DNA from: Bacillota bacterium
Lineage (GTDB): Bacteria > Bacillota > DTU025
Direction: 5' to 3'
Assembly (NCBI GenBank): GCA_050951805.1
Contig: JBMNJT010000002.1
Span: 448,001-512,000, forward strand
DNA: 64,000 nucleotides
Positions 60,912-64,000 of the stretch are shown here, piece after piece (within the stretch, counting starts at the first letter, position 1; every line of letters begins with the position of its first letter). The translations under genes and the position numbers were made by a program. The notes below the pieces were generated by a model. That model worked only from the letters and a program-made list of their open reading frames with translations, had not been told where the DNA came from and searched no databases.

Positions 60912-61110
60912 ATCACGTGGGCAAGTGAGGCGGAACTTGCCGCCGCGCTCACCCACGCGCAGCCTGCGCCGAGGGGCATGAACCTCTCGGCGCAGGCGAT
61001 CCGGCCCTGATCTTGAATTTTGGATCCGGTTTTGGTTTTCGTTATTAGCCGCGCTGCGTGAAGCCGATTGCTGGCTGGCAAGGCATGTGCGGCGTTTGGA
61101 GGTCGTTGCC

Positions 61111-61992
61111 ATGCAGCGAAATGCTAAGGTGGCATACATGTTCTTGGCGCCTGCTCTGGTATTGATGATGGTGTTTGTCGTAATACCGGTGGTTGCTTCT
61201 TTCGTGATAAGCCTGACCGATTTCGACATCTTTGCCCTGGCCGATTGGAGCAATGCTAAGTTCATCGGGTTCGACAACTATGTCCGGCTTTTCCAGGACG
61301 AACTGTTTTGGAAGGCTCTGAGCAACACCCTTTACTTCGTGGCAGTGGGAGTTCCCCTCGCAATAGTGTTATCGCTTATTCTCGCAGTCCTTCTCAACTC
61401 TCCATTCAACCACGCGAAGGACTTGTTTAGGGTGGGATATTACCTTCCTAGCATTACTGAGACTGTGGCCATCGCCGTGGTGTGGAGATGGGTCCTCAAT
61501 CCGAGGTATGGAATTCTCAAACGCGCCCTGGAGATCTTCGGGTTGCCTTCGCCCAACTGGCTCGGGGATCCACGATGGGCGATGCCTGCAATAATCATGA
61601 TGGCGGTGTGGAAAGGACTGGGTCACAACGCTCTGATATTTCTCGCCGGCCTTCAGAGCATCCCGTCAACGGTGTATGAAGCGGCGCAGATCGATGGGGC
61701 AGACGGCTGGGAGCAGTTCAGGTTCATCACATTGCCGCTATTGGCACCTACCACGTTTTTTGTGGCGATAATGACTCTAATCGGCTACCTGCAGCTCTTT
61801 GCCGAACCTTACACCCTTACAGACGGTGGGCCATTGGATGCAACCCTGTCCATAGTGCTTTACATGTACAGGCACGGGTTTAAGTTCTTCAACCTTGGAT
61901 ATGCCTCTGCCATGGCTTACGTTCTGTTTGCCATGATATTCGTTGCCACACTGCTATCGACGAGGTCAAGGGCCGAAGAGGTGACTTACTGA
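61111..61992 (+). CDS. Sugar ABC permease
   Basis: YEAAQIDGA, IGYLQLFAEPY, GYASAMA; GGAGG before ATG 61111. Confidence 0.95.
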   Translation: MQRNAKVAYMFLAPALVLMMVFVVIPVVASFVISLTDFDIFALADWSNAKFIGFDNYVRLFQDELFWKALSNTLYFVAVGVPLAIVLSLILAVLLNSPFNHAKDLFRVGYYLPSITETVAIAVVWRWVLNPRYGILKRALEIFGLPSPNWLGDPRWAMPAIIMMAVWKGLGHNALIFLAGLQSIPSTVYEAAQIDGADGWEQFRFITLPLLAPTTFFVAIMTLIGYLQLFAEPYTLTDGGPLDATLSIVLYMYRHGFKFFNLGYASAMAYVLFAMIFVATLLSTRSRAEEVTY

Positions 61993-62041
61993 TGAGGGAG
62001 CTGTTTGAATCGTTAAAGGACAGGAATGGAGGGAATCGGGG

Positions 62042-62872
62042 ATGAAGGCAGCACGAAACATTCCCATGACAGTCCTCGTCAACTTCTTGCTCATTGTGGG
62101 GCTTGTGGGCATGGCCGCGCCTTTCGTGTGGATGTTGTCGACGTCGTTCAAAGGGACGAAGGACATCTTCCGGTACCCTCCCCAATGGATACCCCAAGAG
62201 CCCACACTCGACAATTACAGAAAGCTGTTCAGAACGGTCAACATCGGCAGACCCTTGATGAATACGGTGATTACTGCCCTATCAATCACTGGACTTTCTC
62301 TGATTATCTGCTCGATGGCGGGATACGCTTTTGCCAAGTTCGAGTTTCCCGGGAAGAATGTGCTTTTCATGGGCGTTCTCGGAACGTTGATGGTTCCAGG
62401 GCAGATCACCATGATACCTGTCTTCCTCCTCTTGAAGAAACTAGGGCTCCTAAACACCTATTCGGGCCTTGTTCTGCCCGGCATAGCCAGCGCTTTCGGG
62501 ATATTTTTCATGAGGCAATTCATGGTGACGCTGCCAAACGAGCTTTTGGAGGCGGCGCGGATAGACGGGGCGGGGGAGTTTTTCATATTCAACCGCATAG
62601 TATTGCCTCTGTGCAAACCGGCCCTTGCGACCCTGGGAATCCTCAATTTCACTGGCTCATGGAACAACTTCCTGTGGCCGTTGATCATATCGACCGATGA
62701 GAGCATGTATACATTGCCTGTTGCCGTTGCCAATCTGGCAGGGCAATACGCGACCGAATACGGATTGCAGATGGCAGGCTCTGTGATGGTGATAATGCCT
62801 ATCGTGATATTCTTCTTGTTTGCGCAGCAGTGGTTCATGGAAGGGGTTGCGATGACGGGAATGAAGGGCTAG
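62042..62872 (+). CDS. Sugar ABC permease
   Basis: AFGIFFMRQF, LEAARIDGA, WNNFLWPL, GVAMTGMKG. Confidence 0.95.
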   Translation: MKAARNIPMTVLVNFLLIVGLVGMAAPFVWMLSTSFKGTKDIFRYPPQWIPQEPTLDNYRKLFRTVNIGRPLMNTVITALSITGLSLIICSMAGYAFAKFEFPGKNVLFMGVLGTLMVPGQITMIPVFLLLKKLGLLNTYSGLVLPGIASAFGIFFMRQFMVTLPNELLEAARIDGAGEFFIFNRIVLPLCKPALATLGILNFTGSWNNFLWPLIISTDESMYTLPVAVANLAGQYATEYGLQMAGSVMVIMPIVIFFLFAQQWFMEGVAMTGMKG

Positions 62873-62944
62873 AACTGGTTGAGGTTGAGCAGTCGGGACT
62901 TGGTGCAATTGTCTCACGCTAAGCACGACGCTCAACCCCTATCT

Positions 62945-63214
62945 TCAGAGCCGGTTCAATGTCCGATCCCGACTGCGAGCAACTTGTTGAGAGGCCGGGC
63001 GCATCAATCCCAGAACGCTGCCTGCTCTTTGGTCAAGAACATGGCCAATAGCTTCTTCGATCGCTTCATCCCAGGCAGACTTCGCAAAGAATGCCCAGTT
63101 CGCCCCGGCGCTGTTCCTCCGGGAAGATCTCCGCATCTCTTCGCAGGCTTCCGCCACGGTGCGTTCGACGGCATCGAGAAACTTCTTGTCCAATTGCAGC
63201 GTAAACTGGTTCAC
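62945..63214 (-). CDS. Small hypothetical protein (89 aa)
   Basis: GAAAGGTGG RBS before GTG 63214; MNQFTLQLDKKFLDAVERTVAEACEEM... amphipathic, protein-like composition. Confidence 0.55.
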   Translation of the reverse strand: MNQFTLQLDKKFLDAVERTVAEACEEMRRSSRRNSAGANWAFFAKSAWDEAIEEAIGHVLDQRAGSVLGLMRPASQQVARSRDRTLNRL

Positions 63215-63407
63215 GGATGTTCCACCTTTCTCTGTTGCAGCATGGAAATAGGCATTCGCATTATCCAAGGGCACGAGCTACAGGGAGCCGTAGGCTTCCG
63301 GCGACTGCGCTGCGCCCCGTTTCATCCCCATTAGAATTCTCTCAGCGGCTGTGAATGTCCTTCTTGGATAATGGTAATTGCGCCGACTGCACGTGCATAT
63401 CTGTGTA

Positions 63408-63467
63408 TTGACAGAGAGGTGAAACAACCCTATCATTATGACTGACTAGTCAGTCATAATGATAGGG
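63408..63467 (+). promoter_or_regulatory. sigmaA promoter overlapped by a perfect 40 bp palindrome (TetR-type operator-like)
   Basis: TTGACA (63408)-17 bp-TATCAT (63431); CCCTATCATTATGACTGACTAGTCAGTCATAATGATAGGG at 63428-63467. Confidence 0.85.
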
Positions 63468-63528
63468 CGGTTAACCAACGCAATGCTTCAAAACCCTGAC
63501 AAAGGGGTTACTAGGATGGAGTGAGATA

Positions 63529-64000
63529 ATGAGTTTCATTGCAGGATTCGTGTGCCGCCGACCGTGGGTTGTTATTGCCGCTGTAATCGCCATAACGTGC
63601 ATATCAATCCTAGGTACAATGCGCATCAGAGTCAGTTCCGGACTACGTGAGTTCTATGCGCAGACAGACCCGCAAATCAAATCGATGGACCTGATAGAAG
63701 AGACTTTCGGCGGATCCGAGTACATCATGATCGCCTTCCCTTCTGAACAGGTATTCACTGTAAGAGGCCTTCGGGCTTTGTCCGCACTCTCCGAGGGATT
63801 GGAGGAGATTGAAGGAATAGCAAGGGTGAGGTCGATTACCAACATCGCAGAGGTTACAGGTACGCCGTGGGGCCTGGAAGTCTCGCAGACACTCGAGGAC
63901 ATGCCTGAAACCGAGGAAGAGGCAGAAGCCTTTAGGGTGCGAATTGAAGAGAGCAGCGAAATATCGGGCGCCTTGCTTTCCGGAGATGGAGACCATGTCC
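63529..64000 (+). CDS. MMPL/RND-family exporter (3' partial; absent from the ORF track because it runs off the window)
   Basis: Manual translation MSFIAGFVCRRPWVVIAAVIAITCISILG...EETFGGSEYIMI...IEGIARVRSITNI, a typical RND/MMPL N-terminus. Confidence 0.85.
   Translation, partial: MSFIAGFVCRRPWVVIAAVIAITCISILGTMRIRVSSGLREFYAQTDPQIKSMDLIEETFGGSEYIMIAFPSEQVFTVRGLRALSALSEGLEEIEGIARVRSITNIAEVTGTPWGLEVSQTLEDMPETEEEAEAFRVRIEESSEISGALLSGDGDHV

Noticed and set aside
1-64000. CRISPR arrays, tRNA/rRNA genes, prophage or defence-system genes
   Set aside because: No regularly spaced direct repeats, cloverleaf or rRNA signatures, or phage/defence protein motifs were seen by eye

Overview
A 64 kb bacterial chromosomal region, probably from an anaerobic Bacillota (Firmicutes) lineage: it has near-consensus sigmaA promoters, strong GGAGG RBSs and a SigY-like ECF operon. 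Tandem TolC-family genes and solute-binding proteins without lipoboxes suggest a diderm envelope (inference). Content in order: the 3' end of a MacB-type ABC/TolC efflux cluster with a two-component system; a SigY-like ECF/anti-sigma/ABC operon; and a mobile-element hotspot (11.1-17.5 kb). In that hotspot one secreted PHP-like metallo-phosphoesterase gene appears to have been hit by an IS1182-family IS (at its RBS), an IS21 (istAB, in its signal peptide, with an adjacent deletion) and an ORF-less group II intron whose removal restores the reading frame exactly. Next come a PflX-like radical SAM gene, a C39-like peptidase, EamA and HAD genes; a dpp/opp operon with an embedded M14 peptidase; a highly structured ~300 nt intergenic region; a nitroreductase; and a very acidic small lipoprotein. 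These are followed by an amidohydrolase, thiL, an MFS transporter, a NagD-like HAD, an M28 peptidase, a NatAB-like ABC exporter, a LacI-regulated maltodextrin-type ABC and a Ugp-like ABC. Last is a LacI-controlled probable beta-1,2-glucan utilisation locus (stand-alone GH94, a multidomain GH144-like enzyme with a tandem uncharacterised ~165 aa module and a CBM9-like domain, and a sugar ABC). The window ends in a promoter overlapped by a perfect 40 bp palindrome and a partial MMPL/RND gene. No rRNA, tRNA or CRISPR array was seen. Family calls come from motif recognition by eye, not database searches.
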